In this document: one piece after another, positions 9,585 through 20,164 of the stretch | Layout of the letters: the number at the start of each line of letters is the position of its first letter | How positions within the stretch are numbered: the first letter of the stretch is position 1 | NCBI GenBank assembly: GCA_009786185.1 | Contig: WQTS01000142.1 | Coordinates: 14,523-78,522, forward strand | Source: Bacteroidota bacterium | Lineage (GTDB): Bacteria; Bacteroidota; Bacteroidia; Bacteroidales; WCHB1-69 | Direction: 5' to 3' | DNA: 64,000 nt | Position numbers and translations under genes: made by a program | Notes under the pieces: generated by a model | Told to the model about the DNA's origin: nothing | Databases searched by the model: none | The model's input: the letters and a program-made list of their open reading frames with translations, nothing else

Positions 9585-10307
9585 ATGAAAAATTCTAAAA
9601 TCATCCTGTTTTGTATCTGCTTTTGTTCAGTTTTATTCTCTTTGTCACAGGAACAAAAAAACAGAGATTTCTCACAAAAACTACAAAAAGAATCCGTAGA
9701 AACTTTTAGAGATCGATTAATTGTAGATGTTTTTCATTCATTTTGGATGAATGTACCCAATGGTGTTACTCACAAGTTTAACCCCGGTTTTAATGTGGCT
9801 GTTCTATGGGATTTTAAAGCTACTAAAAAAAGCCCTATCTCTTTTGGTTTGGGAATAGGTTGTACCTATCACACTCAGTTTTCAAATGCGCAATTGAGAT
9901 TCGAACACCCTTCGGGACCCACTAGATACCATATACTTCCCGATGTTATCTCGCACAAAGACAGCATGAAATTAAACAGAATGACTTACATTAATTGCAA
10001 CATTCCTTTAGAATTTAGATACCGCCACAAAAGCGGATTCAAGTTCACGGTAGGCATGCGCCTTGGATTGGTGGCAGAACTTTCGCAACGCTATAAAGGA
10101 AAAAGTCTTGATGGAAGTGGCATAGATGAAAATTATAAATATTTTCTAACTACTGACCGTCAAAAGGTTAACTTTGATGTTTACATGCGTTGCGGCTGGA
10201 AGTTTGTTGGTGTTTACTATTCTTATCAGGTGAACAAACTCTTTAATGAAGGTAAGGGACCGGCGGTGAATCCTATGTCGGTGGGAATTTCGTTGTCGTT
10301 GTTTTAG
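9585..10307 (+). CDS. Outer-membrane beta-barrel protein (porin-family)
   Basis: It has a signal peptide, alternating amphipathic strands, and a C-terminal GISLSLF aromatic terminus. Confidence 0.6.
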   Translation: MKNSKIILFCICFCSVLFSLSQEQKNRDFSQKLQKESVETFRDRLIVDVFHSFWMNVPNGVTHKFNPGFNVAVLWDFKATKKSPISFGLGIGCTYHTQFSNAQLRFEHPSGPTRYHILPDVISHKDSMKLNRMTYINCNIPLEFRYRHKSGFKFTVGMRLGLVAELSQRYKGKSLDGSGIDENYKYFLTTDRQKVNFDVYMRCGWKFVGVYYSYQVNKLFNEGKGPAVNPMSVGISLSLF

Positions 10308-10428
10308 TCTGAATCTTTAATCAAATTAATTCCAATTTAAACCATCACACAAAAGGTGTAACACCTTTAGCGTGATAGAATTGAATTTTTTTTATATTTG
10401 CAGCATCTATATTTTTTAATAAATTAAT

Positions 10429-11562
10429 ATGAATAATGGCATAAATCCCTTTTTAACAATAGGATATATATCAAAATCATATTTCTGCAACAGAGAATAT
10501 GAGTTGAAAGTATTAAAAAAAAACATAAAAAATGGCATCAATACAACCTTAGTTTCTGTAAGAAGATTGGGAAAATCTGCCCTAATTCAACGACTTTTTG
10601 AAGATTTAGAAGAAGAAAATTTTGCTTGTATTTATGTGGATGTCTACGCATGCGCCAACATGAAAGATTTTACAGAAACATTGGCGCAATCTATTTTTAA
10701 TAAATTTCCACAAAAAAAAGGAATTGGACGCCGTTTTTTTGAATTTTTGCAACGTTTACGCCCTGTTATTACTTATGATGATTTGAGCGGGAAACCGGAA
10801 ATTCGCTTTGAATTTATACAACCTACAGCGTATGAACATACTTTGCGTAGTTTGTTTCAATTTTTAGACAGCCAACAAATACGAATTATATTGGCAATAG
10901 ATGAGTTTCAGCAAATTGCCGATTATCCCGAAAAACACACCGAAGCACTTTTACGAACCATTATTCAAACCTTAAAACACACGCAATTTATTTTCAGCGG
11001 CAGTAAAAAACACATGATGCTCGAAATGTTTAACACTGCTAATCGCCCTTTCTTTTCAAGCACGCAAGTTATGGGATTAGCTGAAATTCAGGAAGATAAA
11101 TATAGAACGTTTATTCGGGAAAAATTTGCCGAACACAAACGCCACATTACGGATGAAGCGATAGATTTTATACTATCATGGACGTTGTCGCATACTTACT
11201 ACACACAAGTAATTTGCAATGGCGTTTTTGCAGAGAGGAAGAAAAACGTAGAGCTTGAACAGGTAAAGCGTGTATGCGAAGAACAACTTGGATTACAACA
11301 ACTTAATTATATGCAATATCGTAGCCTATTAAGCCCCATTCAATGGCAACTACTCATTGCTATTGCTAAAGAAGGCTGGGTAACCGAACCGCAAGCGCAA
11401 GGGTTCCTGAAAAAATACAACATTGGAGCGGCATCTTCTGCAAAAAAAGCATTGGATGCACTGTTAGACAAAGAAATGATTGTCTCTGTTGAATCTAAAG
11501 AAAAAACAGCATATCGTGTATATAATGTTTTTTTAATGAGATGGTTGGATAGAACATTTTAA
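10429..11562 (+). CDS. AAA-type ATPase (Arch_ATPase/DUF234-like)
   Basis: FCNREYELKVL... with Walker A-like RRLGKSAL, Walker B ILAIDEFQ, and a winged-helix-like C-terminus. Confidence 0.7.
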   Translation: MNNGINPFLTIGYISKSYFCNREYELKVLKKNIKNGINTTLVSVRRLGKSALIQRLFEDLEEENFACIYVDVYACANMKDFTETLAQSIFNKFPQKKGIGRRFFEFLQRLRPVITYDDLSGKPEIRFEFIQPTAYEHTLRSLFQFLDSQQIRIILAIDEFQQIADYPEKHTEALLRTIIQTLKHTQFIFSGSKKHMMLEMFNTANRPFFSSTQVMGLAEIQEDKYRTFIREKFAEHKRHITDEAIDFILSWTLSHTYYTQVICNGVFAERKKNVELEQVKRVCEEQLGLQQLNYMQYRSLLSPIQWQLLIAIAKEGWVTEPQAQGFLKKYNIGAASSAKKALDALLDKEMIVSVESKEKTAYRVYNVFLMRWLDRTF

Positions 11563-11594
11563 AAATTAAACAAAAAATAAAAAACTAATATTTT

Positions 11595-13748
11595 ATGAAA
11601 AAATTCACCCTTTCCCTTATCCTCATTTTATCGGTTTTAATCGTAAAAGCCGACGAAGGCATGTGGTTATTATCACTGCTTAACAAAAATTATGAAAAAA
11701 TGCAAGAAATGGGCTTAACCCTTTCTGTTGAAGACATTTATAGCATTAATAACGCTTCTATGAAGGACGCCGTAGTAATTTTCGGACGCGGCTGTACCGG
11801 CGAAATTATTTCTAATCAAGGTTTATTGTTAACCAATCACCATTGTGGCTACGGAGACATACAAGCGCTTTCTACGCCCGAAAACAATATTCTTGCCAAT
11901 GGCTTTTGGGCAAAAACACTCGCCGATGAAATTCCCAGCGAAGGCTTAACCGCAACCTTCTTTATTCGTATGGAAGAGGTTACGGATTTTATATTGGCAG
12001 GATTAAACGATGACATGTCGGAGCAACAACGCAGAGACAGTATAAGCAAACGCACTCAAATTTTGCAAAATGAGCACAATGAAAATAATAAATATTCCGT
12101 GCGCATTGCTAACATGTTTAACGGAAATGCGTTTTATATGTTTATTTATCAAGTATATAAAGACGTACGTTTAGTAGGGGTGCCACCGGAAAACATGGGC
12201 AAATTCGGAGGTGAAACCGACAACTGGACATGGCCACGCCATACGGCAGATTTCGCCCTGTTCCGCGTTTATACGGATAAAGACGGAAACCCCGCTACTT
12301 ATTCAGAGGAAAATATTCCTTTGGTACCGAAATGGTATTTCCCCATTTCTACCTCAGGAATTAAAGATGGAGATTTTGCAATGATTCTTGGATTCCCAGG
12401 CTCAACAGACAGATTTTTAACTTCTTATGGTGTAAAAATGGCTATTGAGAAAAAAAATCCAACCATTGTTAAAGTAAGAGATGTAAAATTAGCTTCTTGG
12501 AGAAAGTTTAGAGAATCCGATCCGGTGATTGATTTGCAATATGCATCAAAATATGCCATGATTTCTAACTATTGGAAATATTATATCGGTCAAACACAAC
12601 AACTTATAAATAATAATGTGATTGCGAAAAAGGAAGAAGTAGAGGACAACTTTCGAGTTTGGGTGAGACGTTATGAAAGAAAAGAATTAGAAAACGTACT
12701 TGAAGATATAGAGAACGCCTACAAAGAGATTTCAAAGTTCGAAATGTTTACCAATTTGTATAATCAGGCTATTTTTGGTGGACCTGAAATTTTCTCATTA
12801 GCAGCGCAATACAGATCCGTATATGATCTGTTACAAAAACAAGAAAAAAAGACCATAACCGATGCTGAAAAGAAACAATTAGAAACTCGTTTAACTTCTT
12901 TAAAATCAAGACTAGAAAGCTTTTTCAAAGATTATAATGTAAATGTGGATAAAGCGACCACCGCAAGATTGTTTGAACTTTTTTATAATGAAACAACTCC
13001 CGATCAACGCCCGCAAGCGTTTAATGATGCTGTTAAAAAATCTAAAAATGACTTTAATAAATTAACAGAAGATTTGTTTAAAAAAACCATGTTTATTGAT
13101 AAAAAGGCGATCGAGAAATTTTTGCAAAAGCCAACAACAAAAGCATTAAATAATGATTTAGCCTTTTCTTGGTATGTTGCGTTTTTAAATTTTTATCATG
13201 ATGTCATTGCGCCTTTAGCGCCGCAACGAGAAAACCTTAGTAGAGCCAATCGTTTGTTTGTGAGAGGATTACTCGAAATGAATCCCGACATGGCGCCGAA
13301 TGCCAACAGCCAAATTCGCTTAACGTATGGAAAAGTTGGAGGTTACCCAATAAAAGACGGTTTAATTGCCGACTATTTTACCACGCTTGAAGGTGTAATA
13401 GCAAAAGAAGATCCGAATAGCCGCGAGTTTATAATTCCGGAAAAATTAAAACGTTTGCACAAAACCAAAGATTATGGTCAATATGCAGAAGATGGACGAA
13501 TACGTGTTAACTTTCTGACAGATAACGATATTACCGGAGGAAATTCCGGTTCGCCGGTAATTAATGCAAAAGGCGAACTTATCGGTTGTGCTTTCGATGG
13601 CAACTGGGAAGCTATGAGCGGCGATATTTTCTTTGAACCCAATTTGCAAAGATGTATCAATGTGGATGTTCGTTATATATTGTTTATCATTGATAAATTT
13701 GGTGATGCCAAACATTTGATAGATGAAATGAAAATAGTTAATGACTAA
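11595..13748 (+). CDS. S46 family dipeptidyl-peptidase (DPP7/DPP11-like)
   Basis: ADEGMWL after the signal peptide, TNHHCGY (His), and GGNSGSPVINAKGELIG (Ser). About 700 aa long. Confidence 0.9.
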   Translation: MKKFTLSLILILSVLIVKADEGMWLLSLLNKNYEKMQEMGLTLSVEDIYSINNASMKDAVVIFGRGCTGEIISNQGLLLTNHHCGYGDIQALSTPENNILANGFWAKTLADEIPSEGLTATFFIRMEEVTDFILAGLNDDMSEQQRRDSISKRTQILQNEHNENNKYSVRIANMFNGNAFYMFIYQVYKDVRLVGVPPENMGKFGGETDNWTWPRHTADFALFRVYTDKDGNPATYSEENIPLVPKWYFPISTSGIKDGDFAMILGFPGSTDRFLTSYGVKMAIEKKNPTIVKVRDVKLASWRKFRESDPVIDLQYASKYAMISNYWKYYIGQTQQLINNNVIAKKEEVEDNFRVWVRRYERKELENVLEDIENAYKEISKFEMFTNLYNQAIFGGPEIFSLAAQYRSVYDLLQKQEKKTITDAEKKQLETRLTSLKSRLESFFKDYNVNVDKATTARLFELFYNETTPDQRPQAFNDAVKKSKNDFNKLTEDLFKKTMFIDKKAIEKFLQKPTTKALNNDLAFSWYVAFLNFYHDVIAPLAPQRENLSRANRLFVRGLLEMNPDMAPNANSQIRLTYGKVGGYPIKDGLIADYFTTLEGVIAKEDPNSREFIIPEKLKRLHKTKDYGQYAEDGRIRVNFLTDNDITGGNSGSPVINAKGELIGCAFDGNWEAMSGDIFFEPNLQRCINVDVRYILFIIDKFGDAKHLIDEMKIVND

Positions 13749-15006
13749 TAAATTGACTCAACGCGAAACCTTTCAAGATCGCCCAGTTTATACACTTTCG
13801 GAGATCACGAAGAGTATCGAAAGTGTAATTGGAAAAAATTACAACCGCGCTTATTATATTAAAGCCGAAATACTTAAACTCAATTATTATCCCCATTCCG
13901 GACATTGTTATCCGGAGTTGGTGGAGAAAGAAAACGGCAAAATTAAAGCACAATTACGCGGCGTAATTTGGTCAACACAGTTTCGCAATATTAATGAACG
14001 TTTTGTTACCATTACCGGTGAGTCACTAAAAGAGGATATTTCCATTTTGTGTTTGGCTACGATTGAGTTCAGCGCCCAACACGGATTAAATCTTCATATT
14101 CAAGATATTGAACCCATTTATACTTTGGGTGAAATGGCGCGCAACAAACGCGAAGTGATAGAAAAACTGAAAAAAGAACAACTTTTCTTACAAAATAAGC
14201 AAAAAAAATTACCGGTAGTACCAAAGAAGATCGCTATAATTTCGGTTGAAACCAGCAAAGGTTACAGCGATTTTATGATTACTTTGCAACAAAACAGTTG
14301 GCACTATCGGTTTCAAACCACTTTGTTTCCCTCTATTTTACAGGGCGATAAAGCGTTAATTTCTATGCCGCACCAATTAGCCGAAATTGCGAAACGCCAC
14401 CAAGAATTTGATTGTGTGGTAATTGTGCGTGGCGGCGGCGGCGATGCAGGCATGAGTTGTTACGATGATTATAAACTCGCCGTCGCTGTGGCAACTTTCC
14501 CTCTCCCGGTAATTACAGGCATCGGACATTCTACCAACGAAACCGTAACCGACATGGTAGCCTTTGCCAACAAAATTACCCCTACCGAAGTTGCCTATTT
14601 TTTGATTCAACAGTTTCATAATTTTGCATTACAAGTAGAAGAATGTAAAGATAAATTAGTAAAAAAAATACAAGAATTATTACAAGAACAAGATTTTTAT
14701 TTTTCTAAAATCTCCCAACAATTACAACTGACCGTAGGAAAATATAATCATCAAAAAGAAAAAGAGATTCAAATGTTGGTACAACGTATGCAAAACACTG
14801 CAAACCAATACATTTTAAAACAACAAAATGCCCTTCATCAATCTCAAACCAAAATTGAATTGCTGCACCCGAAAAACATTCTCAAACGCGGCTACAGTAT
14901 TACGATGAAAAATGGGAAGCCGGTGCGCAATGTTGATGAAGTGACTGAGGGAGAAATAATTACTACGAAACTTTGGTGTGGAGAGATAGAGAGTGTAGTG
15001 TCTTAA
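13741..15006 (+). CDS. xseA: Exodeoxyribonuclease VII large subunit
   Basis: N-terminal OB region (YTLSEITKSIESVI...AEILKLNYYPHSGHCYPELVE), IVRGGGG, and GIGHSTNETV. Confidence 0.9.
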   Translation: MTNKLTQRETFQDRPVYTLSEITKSIESVIGKNYNRAYYIKAEILKLNYYPHSGHCYPELVEKENGKIKAQLRGVIWSTQFRNINERFVTITGESLKEDISILCLATIEFSAQHGLNLHIQDIEPIYTLGEMARNKREVIEKLKKEQLFLQNKQKKLPVVPKKIAIISVETSKGYSDFMITLQQNSWHYRFQTTLFPSILQGDKALISMPHQLAEIAKRHQEFDCVVIVRGGGGDAGMSCYDDYKLAVAVATFPLPVITGIGHSTNETVTDMVAFANKITPTEVAYFLIQQFHNFALQVEECKDKLVKKIQELLQEQDFYFSKISQQLQLTVGKYNHQKEKEIQMLVQRMQNTANQYILKQQNALHQSQTKIELLHPKNILKRGYSITMKNGKPVRNVDEVTEGEIITTKLWCGEIESVVS

Positions 15007-15034
15007 AGATGCCTGTTGCATGATCGCGCGATGC

Positions 15035-15907
15035 TTAACGCCTTGCTTTCTTCACTTTCCTTTCGCCCTGTTTTTTTGATTTTGGTGACTGAAATTTGGA
15101 ATTCGAAACACTCTTTTTTTGCTTTGAGTTTGGTTTGCTTGCAGGCTTTTTATTTGAAATCTTCGGTTTAGGCTTTGAGGTTTGCTGCGATGCTTCTTCT
15201 GTTCCCACAGAATCTTTTACCATTTGGTTGATTTCTGCCATTTCTTTTTCTGTTAAGAAACGCCAATCACCGGCAGGCAAACCACTGAGCGTAATGTTCA
15301 TAATACGCACACGTTTAAGTCGTTGCACCTCGTAACTCAAAGCTTCGCACATACGGCGAATTTGACGGTTAAGTCCCTGTGTAAGAATGATGCGAAAACG
15401 AGTGTCGGTTTCACGAACAAGTTTGCAAGGCTTGGTTACAGTTCCTAAAATGGGAACACCACGCTGCATTTGTTTTTCAAATTCGGGCGTTATGGTTTTA
15501 TTTACGGTAACAATATATTCTTTTTCGTGCCGGTTGCCTGCACGGAGAATTTTGTTCACGATATTTCCATCGTTGGTCAGAAAAATAAGACCTTCCGAAG
15601 GTTTGTCCAAGCGTCCGATATTAAAAATCCGCTCGGGAAAATTAACATAATCCACAATATTATCAGGATCGGCAGGGTCGGTGGTGCAGGTAATACCGGC
15701 GGGTTTGTTGAAAGCGATATATACGGTGTTGGTACGCTGTTTGATAATATGTCCATTTACACAGATTTTATCAAATTGTGTAACCTTTGTACCCAAACTC
15801 ACTACTCGGCCGTTCACCGTAACACGCCCATCTTCAATGTAGCGATCGGCTTCACGGCGCGAACATATACCCGAATCGCTAATAACCTTATTTAAACGAA
15901 GTTCCAT
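15035..15907 (-). CDS. RsuA/RluF-family rRNA pseudouridine synthase with Lys-rich C-terminal tail
   Basis: S4 domain ([29 protein letters not shown]), [10 protein letters not shown], and NRQIRRM. Confidence 0.85.
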   Translation of the reverse strand: MELRLNKVISDSGICSRREADRYIEDGRVTVNGRVVSLGTKVTQFDKICVNGHIIKQRTNTVYIAFNKPAGITCTTDPADPDNIVDYVNFPERIFNIGRLDKPSEGLIFLTNDGNIVNKILRAGNRHEKEYIVTVNKTITPEFEKQMQRGVPILGTVTKPCKLVRETDTRFRIILTQGLNRQIRRMCEALSYEVQRLKRVRIMNITLSGLPAGDWRFLTEKEMAEINQMVKDSVGTEEASQQTSKPKPKISNKKPASKPNSKQKKSVSNSKFQSPKSKKQGERKVKKARR

Positions 15908-16043
15908 TACTTTTTTTGTTCAGCGAAAATAATAAAAATTGCCAGACAAAGCACACTCGAATTTTACTCAAATGCCGGTAATGCATATACAAAAATTATT
16001 TTATATTTGCTCCATAAAATTCTATTAACCATTAAATAAAAAA

Positions 16044-16463
16044 ATGAAACCAAAATTAATTTTAAGAATTGCAGCCATAGTGCTGATTTTACACGCCATT
16101 GGACATTCAATGGGAGCTTTTACATGGCAAAAACCGGATAGCGGAATTCCCGTTGAAGTCGTTCAAACTATGCAAGAAGTGCATTTTGATTTTATGGGAA
16201 AAGAAAATACCATGGCTGCTATGTTTACAGGAAACGGAACGGCAGGAATTATTTTGTTACTATTGATGTCTGTGATCCTTTGGGTGGTTTCGGGATGGAA
16301 TAACAAATTTGTTACAAAAATACTGTGGATTGTATTTTGTGCCATTTTAGTATTAGCCATTGCAGAAGTTATTTATTTTTTCCCGATGGCTTACATGCTT
16401 TGCTTCGTTGCTGCCGGATTAGTGCTATGGGGAATATTTAAGATGAAAAAAATAAAGGAATAA
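16044..16463 (+). CDS. Small integral membrane protein (about 4 TM segments)
   Basis: Only the hydrophobic segment pattern supports this; I recognise no family. Confidence 0.5.
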   Translation: MKPKLILRIAAIVLILHAIGHSMGAFTWQKPDSGIPVEVVQTMQEVHFDFMGKENTMAAMFTGNGTAGIILLLLMSVILWVVSGWNNKFVTKILWIVFCAILVLAIAEVIYFFPMAYMLCFVAAGLVLWGIFKMKKIKE

Positions 16464-16650
16464 TTTTTCTTACCATAAAAAACATCATTTCTACGCTGAA
16501 AAACGAAAAAACGAAAAATTAGCCGTTTTAAGCCGCTTTACCCCATTTTGGAGCTGTAATATTAAGAATGTTTTTTCTGCATTTTAAGGGAATGTTTTTA
16601 AAACAATGAAAATCAGTGAAATAGCCCAAAAACACAAAAAATATACGTTT

Positions 16651-16678
16651 ATCTGTTAAATCTGCGTCATCTGCGTGC
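16651..16678. repeat. Copy of the dispersed ATCTG(T/C)GTCATCTG(T/C)GTG repeat
   Basis: ATCTGTTAAATCTGCGTCATCTGCGTGC. Compare with 25066-25106 and 35841-35926. Confidence 0.55.
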
Positions 16679-16685
16679 AAAAAAC

Positions 16686-18554
16686 CTACCCTTTCAAGTG
16701 CATTAACAAAATCGCAATGTCTGCCGGATTGATTCCGCTGATTCGGGAAGCTTGTCCCAAATTTTGCGGTTTTACTTTTGTTAACTTTTCACGCGCTTCT
16801 AAAGAGAGGGAAACAAAAGAATGGTAATCCAAACTTGCCGGAATTTTCACATTGTCAATTTTTGACATCCGATCTGCTAATTCTTTTTCTTTAATAATGT
16901 AAGGTCCATACTTTACAGAGATTTCTACATTTTCAATTTCCTCTTCTTGTAAATGTAAACGCTCAACCTCTTTTTCTACTGCAGGAACATTTTCTATAAT
17001 AGTGTTAAAATCTACTTGAGGGCGAAGCAGCAACTGAGCTGCTTTTATCGGTTGTGTTAAAAGAGAACTGTCGATTGTTTCCAAATACGGATTTATCTCA
17101 TTGGGCTTAATATTTTCTTTTGTTAAAAAAATTTCTAAATCTTGTTGCCGCTGATATTTATTTTCCATTGTCTTTATTCTCTCATCATCAATTAATCCTA
17201 TTTGATGTCCAATAGGAGACAAACGGATATCCGCATTATCTTGACGTAATAAAATTCGATATTCTGCCCGAGAAGTAAACATTCTATACGGATCTTGCAC
17301 GCCTTTTGTAGTAAGGTCGTCAATAAGCACTCCGATGTAGGCTTCGGAACGAGACAAAATAAGAGGAGGCAATTCCTTTATAGCGCGGTGTGCGTTAATG
17401 CCGGCTAATAAACCTTGACAGGCGGCTTCTTCATATCCAGTAGTTCCATTGAGTTGTCCGGCAATATAAAGATTAGGTAATTTTTTAGATTCCAAGGAAG
17501 GATTTAGCTCTAACGGATCGAAATAATCGTACTCAATAGCATAACCCGGTTTCAAAATATGTGCATGCTGTAATCCAGGAACATGCTTTAAGGCTGCGGC
17601 TTGTACCTCTTCAGGCAACGATGAAGAAAAGCCGTTCAGGTAATATTCATTAGTATTTCTTCCCTCAGGTTCTAAAAAAAGTTGATGCCTGTCTCTATCC
17701 GAAAAACGGTCAATTTTATCTTCAATGGATGGACAATAACGCGGACCAACACCTCTTATACGTCCCTGAAACATAGGCGATTTTTCAAATCCTGTTCTTA
17801 AAATATCATGCACTTGTTTACACGTGTAAACAATCCAACAACTCAGTTGATTTTTAACTTTTGGTGTATTTGTAAAGGAAAATTTTGCCGGATTATCGTC
17901 GCCTTTTTGTTCTTCCATAACAGAAAAATCTATGGTACGACCGTCCAAACGCACGGGAGTTCCGGTTTTCAGTTGTTTTACCGACAAGCCCAGCTCAGCA
18001 AGATTATTGGATAACATAGGAGAATCAGGCTCTCCCATTCTACCTCCGGAGAAAGATATTTCTCCAATATGAATTTTCCCGTTTAAAAATGTTCCATTAG
18101 TAAGGATAATTTTTTGAGCAAAAAGACTGTTCCCTTGCAATGTTTTTACACCTATTATTTTATTATTTTCAACAATCACATCAATAACGCAATCTTGGCG
18201 CAGGTCTAAATTTGGCTGATTTTCTAGTATTTGTTTCCAAAACAATGAAAAAGCATATTTGTCACTTTGCGCTCTCGGACTCCACATTGCCGGTCCTTTT
18301 GAGCGATTGAGCATCCGAAACTGCACCATTGTATAATCTGTAACGATTCCCGACATCCCACCAAGTGCATCAATTTCCCGCACAATCTGGCCTTTTGCAA
18401 TGCCGCCCATAGCCGGATTACACGACATTTGAGCAACTAAAGAAAGATTAAGATTAACTAGTAAAACTTGCGAACCTAACTTTGCAGCTGCCACCGCTGC
18501 TTCGCAACCGGCGTGCCCCGCACCTACTACAATAATATCGTACTTGTTTTTCAT
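16686..18554 (-). CDS. mnmG: tRNA uridine-5-carboxymethylaminomethyl modification enzyme MnmG (GidA)
   Basis: YDIIVVGAGHAGCEAA is the FAD motif, and the whole length looks GidA-like. The track ORF extends to 18629, but the ATG at 18554 (MKNKYDIIVVG) is the likely start. Confidence 0.95.
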   Translation of the reverse strand: MKNKYDIIVVGAGHAGCEAAVAAAKLGSQVLLVNLNLSLVAQMSCNPAMGGIAKGQIVREIDALGGMSGIVTDYTMVQFRMLNRSKGPAMWSPRAQSDKYAFSLFWKQILENQPNLDLRQDCVIDVIVENNKIIGVKTLQGNSLFAQKIILTNGTFLNGKIHIGEISFSGGRMGEPDSPMLSNNLAELGLSVKQLKTGTPVRLDGRTIDFSVMEEQKGDDNPAKFSFTNTPKVKNQLSCWIVYTCKQVHDILRTGFEKSPMFQGRIRGVGPRYCPSIEDKIDRFSDRDRHQLFLEPEGRNTNEYYLNGFSSSLPEEVQAAALKHVPGLQHAHILKPGYAIEYDYFDPLELNPSLESKKLPNLYIAGQLNGTTGYEEAACQGLLAGINAHRAIKELPPLILSRSEAYIGVLIDDLTTKGVQDPYRMFTSRAEYRILLRQDNADIRLSPIGHQIGLIDDERIKTMENKYQRQQDLEIFLTKENIKPNEINPYLETIDSSLLTQPIKAAQLLLRPQVDFNTIIENVPAVEKEVERLHLQEEEIENVEISVKYGPYIIKEKELADRMSKIDNVKIPASLDYHSFVSLSLEAREKLTKVKPQNLGQASRISGINPADIAILLMHLKG

Positions 18555-18573
18555 TGTTCCCCGTGAAACATTT

Positions 18574-19017
18574 TTATAATAACTTGTTTTTCCAATAATT
18601 ATATTGAGTGTTGAATAAAACCAAGGCATTCTCCTCTTTTTGTTTCATCACCTGTTTATCCGTATTTTTCTTGTCTTTATATCCACAAAGATGCAAAATC
18701 CCATGTGCCATAACCCTTCGTAATTCTTCTTCGAAAGTGCAATTAAATCGATTGGCATTCTCTTTTACACGCTCAATGGAAATGCAAATATCACCATTTA
18801 AATATCCTTCTTCAGAATAGTCAAACGTAATAATATCTGTAAATGTATCATGATTTAGATATTGTTTGTTAAGCACTAAAAGTTGTTCATCACTATAAAA
18901 AACAATATTTATTTCTCCTATTTTTCTGCTTTCCTGCTTTGCTATTTCACCCAACCAATTTTTAATTGATCTTTTTTGTGATAAGTTGAATTTAGTTTCG
19001 GAAAAAAAGAGAATCAT
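18574..19017 (-). CDS. ybeY: rRNA maturation endoribonuclease YbeY
   Basis: HGILHLCGYKD zinc motif; about 140 aa. Confidence 0.9.
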   Translation of the reverse strand: MILFFSETKFNLSQKRSIKNWLGEIAKQESRKIGEINIVFYSDEQLLVLNKQYLNHDTFTDIITFDYSEEGYLNGDICISIERVKENANRFNCTFEEELRRVMAHGILHLCGYKDKKNTDKQVMKQKEENALVLFNTQYNYWKNKLL

Positions 19018-19040
19018 AAATTATTTTTTATGTGATTTTA

Positions 19041-19490
19041 TTAAGCATTTTCAGAAGCATACCACTCTGCATACGATTTTTCGGTTTCATACAATCGTAA
19101 GGAAAACAACTGTAAATCGGCAGGCAATATCTTTTTTATAATATTAGCCAACTCACAAATCATATTTTCGGTAGTAGGTTGAAAGGGAACAATAATTATA
19201 TTTTCATAATTGCTTTTTAATGCATCAAGTAGTACCGGATCTGAATCTTGATGAATCATTAGAGCATGGTCCCATACGGAAATAATGTCATCTTGGATTA
19301 GTTTTTTAAAATCACTAAAATCAATGAGCATTCCTTTTTTAGGAGAAGCCTCATCATTGCAAGGAGTGCCTTTAACCGTTACCTCTAACCTGTAGGTGTG
19401 CCCGTGAATATTCTTGCATTTTCCATGATAATTCAGCAATACATGAGCCATATCGAAACTGAAAACGCGCGTTAAACGTAAAATAGCCAT
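19041..19490 (-). CDS. queD: 6-carboxy-5,6,7,8-tetrahydropterin synthase
   Basis: FSFDMAHVL...CKNIHGHTYRLEVTVKG matches the PTPS/QueD pattern. Confidence 0.9.
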   Translation of the reverse strand: MAILRLTRVFSFDMAHVLLNYHGKCKNIHGHTYRLEVTVKGTPCNDEASPKKGMLIDFSDFKKLIQDDIISVWDHALMIHQDSDPVLLDALKSNYENIIIVPFQPTTENMICELANIIKKILPADLQLFSLRLYETEKSYAEWYASENA

Positions 19491-19551
19491 AGGTTCAATA
19501 TTTTCTGCAAAGAAACATCAATTTTTTAAACAAAGTCTTTAATAAATGTTA

Positions 19552-20106
19552 CTATATTGTATTTATTGATAACGCCACTTCATACAAATCATCACCTTGT
19601 ATTATTTTCAACGCATAATTATTTTTGTAGTAAAACTCTAACCGTTGTTCAAGTATCTTTAATCCGCTTTTGAATGGAACAATATTTGAGGAACTGTAAG
19701 CATGATTATTTTTGCAACAAAAGTTTAAAATAGGAAAATTTGTAGCATCAATCATAATATCTACCCATCCGTTGCCGTCATGCTTTGTATGCTTCATCGC
19801 ATTGTCAACAAAAGGCTCAAATAACAAAGGAATAACCGTATAACTTCCTGCTTGTCCCAAAATATTAAAATTTACAAAAATGCTGTTTTGATGTCTTAAA
19901 TTTTCCAATTCGGTATAATATTTATAAAATGCGAGTTCTTTTTCCAATTCAATCGTCCTTTTTTCAGCGTCTATTAGAAAATAATATAGAACGAATTTTA
20001 CTTTATTTAAAATCTGGCTATCACTGTTACAGACTAATGCTCTCGCATAAACATGCTCTAAAATATTAAAAAAATAATGAAAAGGAATTTTTTTCTCTAT
20101 TTTCAT
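19552..20106 (-). CDS. LytS/YehU-type histidine kinase core without a membrane sensor region
   Basis: FHYFFNIL is an H-box-like motif (PHFLFN type) at the extreme N-terminus, followed by an ATPase-like remainder (DNAMKHT). It is only 184 aa with no TM segments. Confidence 0.6.
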   Translation of the reverse strand: MKIEKKIPFHYFFNILEHVYARALVCNSDSQILNKVKFVLYYFLIDAEKRTIELEKELAFYKYYTELENLRHQNSIFVNFNILGQAGSYTVIPLLFEPFVDNAMKHTKHDGNGWVDIMIDATNFPILNFCCKNNHAYSSSNIVPFKSGLKILEQRLEFYYKNNYALKIIQGDDLYEVALSINTI

Positions 20107-20164
20107 TCATTCAAAACTTCATGCAAAATAAAAAAAATATTTTTGCAAAAGTGAATGATGTGAA